A stretch of 32,000 nt of DNA from positions 1,470,001-1,502,000 of the forward strand of contig NZ_CP010341.1 of NCBI RefSeq assembly GCF_000940845.1, given 5' to 3'. Shown piece by piece: positions 10,009 through 18,805 of this stretch. Under the pieces are notes generated by a model that ran no database searches, was not told the DNA's origin, and saw only the letters and a list, made by a program, of their open reading frames with translations. This DNA comes from Propionibacterium freudenreichii subsp. freudenreichii. Lineage in GTDB: Bacteria > Actinomycetota > Actinomycetes > Propionibacteriales > Propionibacteriaceae. Both the position numbers and the translations under genes were made by a program. The first letter of the stretch is position 1, and each line of letters opens with the position of its first letter.

Positions 10009-11022
10009 CTACTCGGGCGTGGTCATGTGCGGCAGGGGCCGGTTGACGAAGACGTCGAGGCTGGCGGGCACCACGTCCAGGTCAATCGGCACATCGCCGA
10101 TCTCCTCGCCATCGGCCAGCGCGAACAACCCGTCACCATCAACGTGGATGGAGGTGCAACGCAGGGTCTCCACCTGTTCGAGGCGCACGAAGGTGCCGTT
10201 GTACAGGTTCGGGAATTCGCGCATGAGGGTGCCCACGCCCACCGGATGCACGATGGTCACGTCCAACTCCCCATCGGTGGGGTCGGCGGCCGGACACACA
10301 TTGATCCCACCCCCGAAGTAGCCGCAATTGCCGACCGCGACCAACAGGGCCTCCACGTCCCGTCGGACACCGTGGTCGATGCCCAACACGTAATGGAGCG
10401 GCTTGAAGTGCATCGCCTCCTGGAACACCGCCGCGGCGTAACTCAGCTTGCCCAGGTTGACCACCGAGCGGTTGACCCGACGATTGACCCTGGCGTCGTA
10501 GCCGGTGGACACCACCGAGCCCACCCAGTAGGGCGGCCGGTCCGGATCGGCCGACGACGTGGCGCGCATGAGGTCGATCCGTTTCGTGAAGCCGTCCACG
10601 ATCGCATCAATCACCCGCGCCGGCCGGGCGGGGGAACCGACGCCGCGCCGGAAATCGTCACCGGTACCGGCGGGGAACACGGCCAACGGGATGCCGGAGC
10701 CGGCACAGGCGTTGATGCCGATGGAGGCGGTGCCATCGCCGCCCAGGGTCGCCAGCACATCGGGGCGCTGCCCGGCGCTGGCCCGGGCGGCATGCGCGAC
10801 AACCCCGGCCGCGAACTGGCGTGCCTGGTGCGCACTGGTGGAAACCTCGACGTCGACCCATGTGTGGGGCAACCTGCGACGAAGTTGCAGTGCAATGCCG
10901 GGCGCCATGATGTGGGCCATGCCGTGGCCGGCCGAGGGGCTCACGAGCAGTGTGACCCGGGCAGGGTCGGCGGGGCCGTGGAGCCCCTCATCGGACCTGG
11001 CTTCGCCGAATACGGAAGTCAT
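10009..11022 (-). CDS. Diacylglycerol/lipid kinase (DAGK catalytic domain, YegS/BmrU family)
   Basis: The product has the GGDGT motif (LATLGGDGTASIG) and PAGTGDDF. ATG 11022 is preceded by GAGGAG at 5 nt, and the gene begins 15 nt after the tatC stop. Confidence 0.85.
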   Translation of the reverse strand: MTSVFGEARSDEGLHGPADPARVTLLVSPSAGHGMAHIMAPGIALQLRRRLPHTWVDVEVSTSAHQARQFAAGVVAHAARASAGQRPDVLATLGGDGTASIGINACAGSGIPLAVFPAGTGDDFRRGVGSPARPARVIDAIVDGFTKRIDLMRATSSADPDRPPYWVGSVVSTGYDARVNRRVNRSVVNLGKLSYAAAVFQEAMHFKPLHYVLGIDHGVRRDVEALLVAVGNCGYFGGGINVCPAADPTDGELDVTIVHPVGVGTLMREFPNLYNGTFVRLEQVETLRCTSIHVDGDGLFALADGEEIGDVPIDLDVVPASLDVFVNRPLPHMTTPE

Positions 11023-11037
11023 TGGTGCTCCTCAGCG

Positions 11038-11910
11038 TCATTGCTGTTGTTCAGCCACCTGCCTCTTATCATGACGCTTGCACAGCACTTCGGCAATGAC
11101 ATACAGGAAGGACATGGGCACGGCGAGCACGCACATGGAGATCGGATCGGTGGAGGGCGTCGCGACGGCCGAGAAGAGGAAGCACAGGAAGATGGCCATG
11201 GACCGGAACTTGCCCAGCCCCGCACCGGAGATGATGCCGAACCGGTTGAGGGTCACCAGCACGACGGGCAACAGGAAGCTCACCCCGAAGACGAGCAGCA
11301 GGGTCAGCTCGAAGGTGAGGAACTCGTTGGCGTCGTTGAGGTTCAGCACCCCGGGCGGGTTGAACTGCAGGAGCACGGCAAAGCCCTTGGGGGAAATCCA
11401 ATAGCCGAGCAGGACGCCGGTGAGGAACAGGGGAATCGAGGTGCCCAGGAAGCGGATCGCCGCGCGCCGTTCATTCGAGAGCAGGCCGGGGGCGATGAAG
11501 GCCCACAGCTGGTACAGCCAGACAGGGCACGACAGGATGAATCCGGCGATGAAGGGCACCTTCATGAACAGGGTGAAGCCACCGGTGACATTTGTCGTGG
11601 TGATCTCGACCTCAGCGCCCGGGTTCTTGGCCCGGTAGACCTCGATCGCCTGCTGGATCGGGTGGAAGGCCACGGCCGTCAGCTGGTTGTAGAAGATGAA
11701 GCAGCACAGCGCCACGGCGAGGACCGCGAGGATCGACACGATGACGCGGTAGCGCAGCTCCCGCAGGTGGTCCACGAGCTCCATTGACCCGTCGGCGGCG
11801 GGCTCGGGAGGGCGCCACGACTTGGGCAGCAGGTGGAGGCGACGCCGTTTCTTGCCGGGAGCCGCTTCCTGGCTGCCGTCGCCCGCCTTTTCATCCACGG
11901 TGATGGCCAT
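11038..11910 (-). CDS. tatC: Twin-arginine translocase subunit TatC
   Basis: After an N-terminal extension, MELVDHLRELRYRVIVS... is followed by six hydrophobic segments typical of TatC. The gene is immediately downstream of tatA. Confidence 0.93.
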   Translation of the reverse strand: MAITVDEKAGDGSQEAAPGKKRRRLHLLPKSWRPPEPAADGSMELVDHLRELRYRVIVSILAVLAVALCCFIFYNQLTAVAFHPIQQAIEVYRAKNPGAEVEITTTNVTGGFTLFMKVPFIAGFILSCPVWLYQLWAFIAPGLLSNERRAAIRFLGTSIPLFLTGVLLGYWISPKGFAVLLQFNPPGVLNLNDANEFLTFELTLLLVFGVSFLLPVVLVTLNRFGIISGAGLGKFRSMAIFLCFLFSAVATPSTDPISMCVLAVPMSFLYVIAEVLCKRHDKRQVAEQQQ

Positions 11911-11928
11911 GTGACCGGCTCAAGGGGC

Positions 11929-12237
11929 TCAGCTGTTCTGGGGCGGGTCGACGACCTCGCCGTTGACAACCTGTCCACCGGGTTGGCCCTGGGCGCCCTG
12001 CCCGGACTGCGGCTGGGCCGTGTTGGGGGTCACCACCGTCGGCGGAACAGCCGGCTGTGAGGCCTGCGCGTCGGCCTGACCCTGCGCGTTCTTCTTCGCG
12101 TTGAGTCCCTGGGTCTCTTCCTTGAACTCACGGATTGCCTTGCCCGAGGCCTTCCCGAGGCCGGCGAGCTTGCTGCCGCCGAACACCAGGAGGGCAATCA
12201 GCAAGACAATGAGAAGCTCCTGCCATCCAAGATCCAT
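11929..12237 (-). CDS. tatA: Twin-arginine translocase subunit TatA/E
   Basis: WQELLIVLLIALLVFGGSKLAGLGKASGKAIREFKEE gives the TatA TM helix, hinge and amphipathic helix. The tail is Q/G-rich. The start is preceded by SD GAAGGAG at 6 nt. Confidence 0.9.
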   Translation of the reverse strand: MDLGWQELLIVLLIALLVFGGSKLAGLGKASGKAIREFKEETQGLNAKKNAQGQADAQASQPAVPPTVVTPNTAQPQSGQGAQGQPGGQVVNGEVVDPPQNS

Positions 12238-12338
12238 CTCAAACTCCTTCGTCGACGCCGGATCCGTCCGGCTTGATCACGAGAATCGTGGGGTGAGGGG
12301 TTGCAGTGGCCCGACACCGGCCGAGCCCGCCGATCAGC

Positions 12339-13298
12339 TTACGCGTCCACCTGCCCGAGCTGTTCATTGAGTTCGAGCGCGGACGCGGCACGCTCGGCAG
12401 CACCACGAGCGGCTTGCGGCGGGTCGACGTGCAGCACGCCCTCGCCCAGCCGCAGCACCATGGTCGAAACCCAGGAGGGGTCCCCCACCGGGAACGTCGC
12501 CCGAAGGGCTCCGCCCGGCAGCTCCGTGACCGAATCCGTCGGGTAGTACTCGACCACCCAGCGGGCCTGCGGGGCCAGGTCAAGTGTGACCTGGCCAGAT
12601 CCCTGGGTGAACCAGTCGTCGACCGGTGGGGGTGTCCCGTGGGCGGAAGATTTCTGGCCGGTGGGCCTGGCCGTCACGATGCGATCCAACCGGAAGGAAC
12701 GCCAGGCATCCCGTTCCAGGCTCCAGCCACACAAATAGGCCACGCCGTCCCGCACCTGGATCGCCACGGGATCGACCACCGGATGGGTGGTCTCATTGCG
12801 CGAGGCATTGTCATATTCCAGGCGGAGCTGGCTGCGCCCCTCGACGGCCGTGGCGATCTGTTCACGCATGTCGGGGGCGCCCGAGGCGAGCGAGATACCC
12901 ACGCGACCTGCTTGTGAGGAGGGAACGATCGCGGTGAGTTTCTCGGCGGCACGGCGCGCCGCCGATGCCGTGGCGCCGCTGGTGAGTCCCTCGACGGCAC
13001 GCAGCGCCACGATCAGGCTCGTGGCCTCGTCGGCGGTGAACCTCATGGGCCTGCTCAACACCTCGGCATTGGTCAGCCGAATGATGCCCTCGCCCTGGAC
13101 GGCTTCCATGTCGATTTCGATGAGATCCCCCGGCAGGCCCCCGGGAAGCCCACACATCCACAACACGTCGAGGTCGGCCAGCACCTGACGCTTCTTGATA
13201 CCGAATGCCCTGGCCACTTCGGTGACACTCACGCCGGGATGTGCTTGCAGATAGGGAACCTCGGCCAGCATCCGGCGGACCTGATCAAGACCTGTCAT
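12339..13298 (-). CDS. pafC: HTH + WYL domain transcriptional regulator PafC
   Basis: The product begins MTGLDQVRRMLAEVPYLQAHPGVSVTEVARAFGIKKRQVLADLDVLWMCG... and has a WYL-type C-terminal half. It is paired with pafB upstream of tatA/tatC. ATG 13298 overlaps the pafB stop by 14 nt. The track ORF extension to 13607 is rejected. Confidence 0.8.
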   Translation of the reverse strand: MTGLDQVRRMLAEVPYLQAHPGVSVTEVARAFGIKKRQVLADLDVLWMCGLPGGLPGDLIEIDMEAVQGEGIIRLTNAEVLSRPMRFTADEATSLIVALRAVEGLTSGATASAARRAAEKLTAIVPSSQAGRVGISLASGAPDMREQIATAVEGRSQLRLEYDNASRNETTHPVVDPVAIQVRDGVAYLCGWSLERDAWRSFRLDRIVTARPTGQKSSAHGTPPPVDDWFTQGSGQVTLDLAPQARWVVEYYPTDSVTELPGGALRATFPVGDPSWVSTMVLRLGEGVLHVDPPQAARGAAERAASALELNEQLGQVDA

Positions 13299-14253
13299 GA
13301 CTGACCTCCAGCACTGCGCGCAGCTGCGCCAATACCTGATCGCGCAGTTCGGCAGGCTCCAGAACCACCACGTCAGGACCGGCCGCAGCGATGTCGGCAA
13401 CGAAGTCGGAATCGCGGGTGTAGGGCACCTCGAAGCATGCGAAGCCCTCGGGCAGGGCGCGCGGTGGGGCGACCGGCGTACCGATCCGGCGTAGGGCGGG
13501 CGCCTTGTTGTCCCGTAGCGCCAACAGGGCGCGCGAATCCGGCTCCCCGGGCTCCACCTGCCTGGCCAGGGCCTGCAGGTCGACGTCATCGGGTACCTGG
13601 TAGGCATCGGTCCCGCCGACCGTCTCGGGGGTGGCGTTCATGCGGCTCATCTTGAACATGCGGGGACCCTCCCGCGTGAGGTCCAGGCCCAACAGGTACC
13701 AGCTGCCACGACGCCACAGCACGCTCCACGGCGCCACCGTGCGCACTTCTGGCGACCCGCGATAGCCGAACCGCACCAACTGACGCTCGAGCGTGGCCCG
13801 CCAGCACACCTCGAAGGCAGGTTCCCTGGCACTGATCCGCGGCGCCAGCGCAGCCAGCCGCTCGACATCCGGATCGGCGCCGGCAGCCCGCAGCTTCGCG
13901 AGGGCCGAGATGGTCTGCTCTGCAGCGCTGGCCTGCTGCCAGACACGAGAGGCCGCCCCCAGCGCGGAGAGTTCATCGGAGTCAAAGGAAACGGGGGGCA
14001 ACTCAAAGTCGGTGCGACTGATCCGGTACCCGGTGTCGTCGTCGAACAGGACGTCGTTGCTGCCCATCACCACCGGCACGCCCATGGCCCGCAAGTCGTC
14101 CTTGTCCCGCTCGAACTGCCGTTCGAAGGCCGAGTCGCTCAAGCCACGATAGGCCTCCACGACCCTGCGCAGTTCGGCCTTCGACAGGAAACGGCGTGCG
14201 GACAGCAGGGCGATCGCCAGGTTGACGAGTCGTTCGGATCTACGCGCTGCCAC
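13285..14253 (-). CDS. pafB: HTH + WYL domain transcriptional regulator PafB
   Basis: The N-terminus (V)AARRSERLVNLAIALLSARRFLSKAELRRVV... is PafB-like. The GTG at 14253 sits exactly 6 nt after TAGCGT, suggesting a leaderless transcript. The track start TTG at 14259 falls inside that spacer. Confidence 0.8.
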   Translation of the reverse strand: MAARRSERLVNLAIALLSARRFLSKAELRRVVEAYRGLSDSAFERQFERDKDDLRAMGVPVVMGSNDVLFDDDTGYRISRTDFELPPVSFDSDELSALGAASRVWQQASAAEQTISALAKLRAAGADPDVERLAALAPRISAREPAFEVCWRATLERQLVRFGYRGSPEVRTVAPWSVLWRRGSWYLLGLDLTREGPRMFKMSRMNATPETVGGTDAYQVPDDVDLQALARQVEPGEPDSRALLALRDNKAPALRRIGTPVAPPRALPEGFACFEVPYTRDSDFVADIAAAGPDVVVLEPAELRDQVLAQLRAVLEVSHDRS

Positions 14254-14312
14254 GCCCAAACGCTACCAGCGCGCCCGGGTCTGCGGGCGGGCACCGGAAG
14301 ACGCGTGGAACC

Positions 14313-15281
14313 ATGGGGTGCATGAACGCCGATGCCCCTGTCCCGACCGGTGCGGGTGACCGGTCGGGCGCAGGTCGCTTTGCCCCCTCCCCCACCTCGC
14401 AGCTCCACCTGGGAAATCTCCGCACCGCATTGTTGGCATGGTTGTTCGCCAGGGCCGAGGGGCTGCGCTTCCTCGTGCGCATCGAGGACCTCGATCAGGC
14501 CCGTGTGGCCGCGGCTCCCGGGGTGGCTGACCAGCAACTGCGGGACCTTGCGGCACTGGGCCTCGACTGGGACGGACCGGTGTTGCGCCAAAGTGGGCGC
14601 ATCGAGCTCTATCGCAGCTACGCGGATCGCCTGTCCAGCTACGAGTGCTTCTGCTCACGCCGCGAGATCGCCGAGGCATCTGCGGCGCCGCATGGGGACT
14701 ATCGCCCCTACCCGGGGACCTGTGCCCACCTGAGCGCCGCCCAGCGGGCCGAGGCCAGGACCCGACGGACGCCGGCCCTGCGGGTGCGGGCGGGCGGGAT
14801 CGAGTGGACCGTCCACGACCGCTTTGCCGGTGACTACTCCCAACGGGTCGATGACTTCGTGCTGCTGCGTGCCGATGGCACGCCGTCCTACAACCTGGCG
14901 TCGGTGGTCGATGACGCGCTCCAGGGCGTTCGGCAGGTCACCCGCGGAGCTGATCTGCTGTCCTCCGCGCCACGGCAGGCGTGGTTGACCCACCGCCTCG
15001 GCTACGTCCAGCCGGTCTACGCACATGTCGGCCTGGTGCTGAACGGGGCCGGCGTTCGGCTTGCCAAGCGTGACCATCCGACTGACATGACGACGCTGGC
15101 AGCCCAGGGCATTGATGCCCGCCGTGTGCTGCGCATGCTCACCGATTCCTGCGGGCTGCCCACCGCCGAGTGCCCCGGGGAGTTGCTGGCCATGGTGCGC
15201 GCTGATCCGGGATTGCTGCACCGACCCGCCCTGGCACAGCCGTGTGTACTGGATGCCCAGGACCACCTGCTGCGGCACTGA
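14313..15281 (+). CDS. gluQ: tRNA glutamyl-Q(34) synthetase (truncated GluRS paralogue)
   Basis: FAPSPTSQLHLGNLRTALLAWLFARAEGLRFLVRIEDLD carries a class-I HIGH-like motif. The product has no anticodon-binding domain and is about 320 aa. ATG 14322 is an alternative start. Confidence 0.88.
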   Translation: MGCMNADAPVPTGAGDRSGAGRFAPSPTSQLHLGNLRTALLAWLFARAEGLRFLVRIEDLDQARVAAAPGVADQQLRDLAALGLDWDGPVLRQSGRIELYRSYADRLSSYECFCSRREIAEASAAPHGDYRPYPGTCAHLSAAQRAEARTRRTPALRVRAGGIEWTVHDRFAGDYSQRVDDFVLLRADGTPSYNLASVVDDALQGVRQVTRGADLLSSAPRQAWLTHRLGYVQPVYAHVGLVLNGAGVRLAKRDHPTDMTTLAAQGIDARRVLRMLTDSCGLPTAECPGELLAMVRADPGLLHRPALAQPCVLDAQDHLLRH

Positions 15282-15373
15282 TCGCCCGCAACACAACTCA
15301 CGGGCAACGCAATTCGCCCGCAACGCGAGGACGGACTGCCCCGCAGGCCGACGTCAGGCTCCATGACGCCAGA

Positions 15374-15414
15374 CATGGCAGAACCTCCGGGAATTGCCCG
15401 GAGGTTCTGCCATG
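15374..15414. terminator. Perfect 18 bp hairpin between convergent gluQ and FKBP genes; probable bidirectional factor-independent terminator
   Basis: The sequence is CATGGCAGAACCTCCGGG-aattg-CCCGGAGGTTCTGCCATG with no mismatches. It sits in the 142 nt convergent intergenic gap and has no U-tract. Confidence 0.6.
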
Positions 15415-15423
15415 CAGGTTCGA

Positions 15424-16488
15424 TCAGGATGCCGTGGTGGCGCGGGTGAACAGGATGTCGACCACATAGACCATCGTCGTATTGGGGGCGATGCTCGGAT
15501 TGGTATTGCCGTCCGGGTAGGCCTGCGAGGGGGGTACAACGAGCAGGACGCGGCTGCCGACCGGCTGTCCGACGAGGCCCTTCTGCCAGCCCTCGACCAG
15601 GCCGCTCAGGGCCCCGGTTTGGGGAGAGTTGCTCCCATTGCTGTAGGTGGACTGGACCACCCGGGAATCACCCCACGACATGGAGATGAAGTTCACCGTG
15701 ACGGTATCGGTGGCCGCCACCTGCTTGCCGGTGCCCTTGATGAGGGGCTGGACCACCAGGTCCGAGGGCGCGGCAACGCCGGAGGGAATCGTGATGGACG
15801 GATTGTTGATGTCGCCTGACACGGTGGGCAGTCCGGCCGCAGGGGTGACCGCCTCACCACTGGGTTGGTTCAGCTGCGTGGAGACCAGGTCGACGACGAA
15901 GAACAGGGTGTCGCCCACCTCAATGCCGGCAGCCGATGCCCCGCCCATGGCGTCGTAGCCGTCCTTGCCGGTGACGCCGATCAGCACGCGGTCACCGATG
16001 TGCTTGCCGTCCAGGCCCTTCTGGAAGCCCGGCACCACCTGTGACAGGCCGAACGTCGCCGTCGCACCCTTGGTGTAGCTGTTGTCGAAGGTCTGGCCCG
16101 TGCGGGCATCCACGCCCACGTAGTTGACCTCCACATAGGACGTGGAGCCGACGGCCTGGCCATTGCCCTGGACGAGCACCTTGCTCATGGTCTCGTTGAC
16201 CTGCACCGGCCAATCGGCGGTCACGGTGGCCTCCTGGCCATAGCCACCACTCACCTGAACCGAATCCAGCGAGGTCAGCAGCTTGCCGCTCGACGAGGCC
16301 GAAGCCGTCGACGTGGCGGATTGCGATGCCGGGGCGGAGGCTGATGAGGGGCTGGCGCTGGCGCCGCTCTTGGAGCAACCGGCAGCCAACAACAGGATCG
16401 GCACCAGCGCGAGGCTGGCCCAGCGTGTCCAGCGATGTCGGGACGCTGAGGCACTGGCGGCGTGGTCTGAATGATCGGTCATGGACAC
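15424..16488 (-). CDS. Secreted lipoprotein with two FKBP-type peptidyl-prolyl isomerase domains
   Basis: The signal peptide has a lipobox (LLLAAG|C) followed by a Ser/Ala-rich linker. FKBP domain 1 reads VEVNYVGV...FGLSQVVPGFQKGLDGKHIGDRVLIGV...FFVVDLV. A second, more divergent FKBP domain reads VTVNFISM...LVEGWQKGLVGQPVGSRVLLVV...VYVVDIL. The GTG start lies 6 nt after TAGCAT. Confidence 0.88.
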   Translation of the reverse strand: MSMTDHSDHAASASASRHRWTRWASLALVPILLLAAGCSKSGASASPSSASAPASQSATSTASASSSGKLLTSLDSVQVSGGYGQEATVTADWPVQVNETMSKVLVQGNGQAVGSTSYVEVNYVGVDARTGQTFDNSYTKGATATFGLSQVVPGFQKGLDGKHIGDRVLIGVTGKDGYDAMGGASAAGIEVGDTLFFVVDLVSTQLNQPSGEAVTPAAGLPTVSGDINNPSITIPSGVAAPSDLVVQPLIKGTGKQVAATDTVTVNFISMSWGDSRVVQSTYSNGSNSPQTGALSGLVEGWQKGLVGQPVGSRVLLVVPPSQAYPDGNTNPSIAPNTTMVYVVDILFTRATTAS

Positions 16489-16567
16489 GTATTCATGCTA
16501 GCCGACCTCACAGCGTGCAGATATTGCCCGGGGCCGGGAAGGCCGACGGGCCGGGTGCGCCATCTCC

Positions 16568-17215
16568 TCAGGAGACGGCCACGATGTCGACAACGAAGAA
16601 CAGGGAGTCCCCGACCTGGATGCCCGCCGCGGCGGCGCCCCCTGCGGAGTCATAGCCGTCCTTGCCGGTCACCGCGATGAGGACGCGGTCGCCGACGTGC
16701 TTGCCGGTCAGGCCCTTCTCGAATCCCGGGATCACCTGGGCGAGGCCGAATGTTGCGGGCTTTCCGTTCTTGAAGCTGGAATCAAACACCTGCCCGGTGC
16801 GCCCATTCGTGCCGCTGTAGTTCACCTGCACCGTTGCATCGGCGCCCACCACCTGGCCGCTACCGGCCACGAGCACCTTGCTGAGGGTCTGGTCGACCGA
16901 CACGGGCCACTGGGCCGTCACCGTGGGTGCCTGTCCGACGCCACCGGTGACCTGCACCTGGTCGAGTGAGGTCAGCACGGCGGCGGAGCCACCGGCCGAC
17001 GAGGTGCCCGAACCTGCCGTCGTGGTGGCAGCTGACGCCGAAGTCGCCGACGGGGTACCGGCTGACGGCGAGGTCCCACTCCCGGGCGAAGCGGCGCAGC
17101 CCGCGGCCACCAGCACCAGGGGAAGCGCTGCCAGGCCGACCAGACGGGTCCAGGAGGCACGCACTCCGGAAGGGGTCGGCGTGAGGGGGCGACGTCGCGA
17201 AGAAGGCATGATCAC
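16568..17215 (-). CDS. Secreted lipoprotein, single FKBP-type peptidyl-prolyl isomerase domain (paralogue of 15424-16488)
   Basis: The product has a lipobox (VLVAAG|C), a Ser/Thr/Ala linker and an FKBP domain (VQVNYSGT...FGLAQVIPGFEKGLTGKHVGDRVLIAV...FFVVDIV). The GTG at 17215 lies 6 nt after TAGCAT. ATG 17209 is an alternative start. Confidence 0.88.
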   Translation of the reverse strand: MIMPSSRRRPLTPTPSGVRASWTRLVGLAALPLVLVAAGCAASPGSGTSPSAGTPSATSASAATTTAGSGTSSAGGSAAVLTSLDQVQVTGGVGQAPTVTAQWPVSVDQTLSKVLVAGSGQVVGADATVQVNYSGTNGRTGQVFDSSFKNGKPATFGLAQVIPGFEKGLTGKHVGDRVLIAVTGKDGYDSAGGAAAAGIQVGDSLFFVVDIVAVS

Positions 17216-17274
17216 GCGGCCATGCTAGCTGACACACGCGCTCACGGGCCTGCGCGGACGAATGGGTCGGGCGG

Positions 17275-18057
17275 TCAGAGCTTGACGATGTCCAGCAGGG
17301 TCCCGAGCTCCTCACGGCTCAGTTCCCGGGTCTCCCCCACGGCAAGGTTCCCCAGACGCACCGGGCCGATGCCGATGCGGGCCAGTTGGCGTACGGGATG
17401 GCCGACCGAATCCATCATGCGGCGCACAATGCGATTGCGCCCCGAGTGGAGGGTGATCTGCAGCATCGTGTGCACCGGTCCGCGCGAGACCAGCTTCACC
17501 CGGTCGGGCTTGATGGGCCCGTCCTCCAGGGTGAGGCCCTTCTCAAGGCGACGGATCGTCCGATTGTCCATCAGGCCCTCCGCGTCAACCAGGTAGGTCT
17601 TGCGCACCTCGTAACTGGGGTGGGACAACCGATGGCCGAATTCACCGTCATTGGTCAGGATGATCAGTCCCTCCGTCTCGGTGTCAAGGCGTCCCACATG
17701 GAACAGACGCTGGTGGCGGGGCACATATTCGGCCAGCGTGGGCCGGCCCTCCGGGTCGTCCATGGTGGACACGACGCCCCGCGGCTTGTTGAGCAGCAGG
17801 TACATGTGACGGCGCGGCGGCGGGATCCGGGCACCGTCGACGCGAATGGAGTCATGTTCGGGATCCACGCGGGTACCCAGCTCCACGACGATGTGGCCAT
17901 TCACCTCCACGCGCCCTTCGGTGATGAGCCCCTCGCTCGCCCGGCGCGATGCGATGCCGGCCTGGGCCAGCACCTTCTGGAGGCGGATCCCCTCCGGCTT
18001 TGCCGCGGACTGATCAATCGGTGGTTCGTGTGTCTCGCTCATATCCTTCTCAGCCAT
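17275..18057 (-). CDS. rluB: Pseudouridine synthase, RsuA/RluB family
   Basis: An S4 domain (RLQKVLAQAGIASRRASEGLITEGRVEVNG) is followed by the catalytic GRLDTETEGLIILTNDG motif. The start chosen is ATG 18057, which overlaps the scpB stop (ATGGCTGA). ATG 18042 is an alternative. Confidence 0.88.
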   Translation of the reverse strand: MAEKDMSETHEPPIDQSAAKPEGIRLQKVLAQAGIASRRASEGLITEGRVEVNGHIVVELGTRVDPEHDSIRVDGARIPPPRRHMYLLLNKPRGVVSTMDDPEGRPTLAEYVPRHQRLFHVGRLDTETEGLIILTNDGEFGHRLSHPSYEVRKTYLVDAEGLMDNRTIRRLEKGLTLEDGPIKPDRVKLVSRGPVHTMLQITLHSGRNRIVRRMMDSVGHPVRQLARIGIGPVRLGNLAVGETRELSREELGTLLDIVKL

Positions 18058-18805
18058 TGGTGTGTGACCCCTCCTGAGGTACCTCGTCGCGTCCACCGTC
18101 ATCGGGACGGTCCCGCGGTGCAGCCTCATTGGTTGCCTGCGACGACGCATCGGACCCTGCTGGGGCCGCCAGTGACGTCAATTCCGCCTCAAGAGCAGCC
18201 GCATCAGGCAGGAGCGGCGCAATATCGGGCAAATCGGACAAGGCACTCAAGCCTAGCCGGGATAGGAAGTAGTCGGTGGTCACCAACAAGCCGGCCCCCG
18301 TCTGGGCATCGCTGCCCCGCTCATCCACCAGGCCCCGTGACAGCAGGGTGCGCACGACGCCATCCACGTTCACCCCACGCACCGCGGAGACGCGCGACCG
18401 TGCCACCGGCTGGAGGTAGGCGATCACGGCGAGCGTCTCCATCGCGGCCTGGCTCAACCGGTTCTGACCGCCCGCCCTCACCCACGGCGCGATCCGCTCG
18501 TGCTGGGCGGCGCGGGTGTAGTACCGCCAGCCCCCACCCACGTGACGCAGCTGGAAGCCGCGGCCGGTTTCATCGTAGAAGGCGGCAAGTTCTTCCAGTG
18601 CGGCCAGCACCTGCGGTTCGGCCGTTCCACTCGCCTCGCTGAGCGTCGCCAGGTCGATGGGCTCCTCGGCCATCAGGAGCAGGGCCTCCAGGAAGGGGGC
18701 GAGTTCGGCGGGCGGTACCGGGGCCATCTCCCCGGAAGTGCTGTCGGGAACTCGTCCGACGTCCTGCGGGGCTGACCTCGGGGCGGTCGGCGGTGTGTTG
18801 GTCAC
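18050..18805 (-). CDS. scpB: Segregation and condensation protein B
   Basis: LEALLLMAEEPIDLATLSE...LSQAAMETLAVIAYLQPVARSRVSAVRGVNVDGVVRTLLSRGLVDE shows the tandem winged-helix ScpB pattern. The gene overlaps scpA by 4 nt. Confidence 0.9.
   Translation of the reverse strand: MTNTPPTAPRSAPQDVGRVPDSTSGEMAPVPPAELAPFLEALLLMAEEPIDLATLSEASGTAEPQVLAALEELAAFYDETGRGFQLRHVGGGWRYYTRAAQHERIAPWVRAGGQNRLSQAAMETLAVIAYLQPVARSRVSAVRGVNVDGVVRTLLSRGLVDERGSDAQTGAGLLVTTDYFLSRLGLSALSDLPDIAPLLPDAAALEAELTSLAAPAGSDASSQATNEAAPRDRPDDGGRDEVPQEGSHTNG

Noticed and set aside
12238-12338. GTGTCGGG in the pafC-tatA gap resembles the upstream half of the PafBC/RecA-NDp promoter motif.
   Set aside because: No TAnnnT hexamer lies at the required 8 nt spacing. 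The short GC-rich match is likely fortuitous.
13299-13607. Several track ORFs carry N-terminal extensions: pafC to 13607, ilvN to 668, ilvB to 2449, ABM to 6327, parA-like to 20970 and nadK to 27213.
   Set aside because: The extensions are Arg/Pro-rich. They overlap the upstream genes extensively and precede well-placed internal starts with SD, overlap or -10 signals.
12339-14253. The two WYL-domain regulators could be regulators of a defence island.
   Set aside because: This is the canonical pafB-pafC pair in its conserved tatA/tatC/helY context, and no defence-type genes are adjacent.
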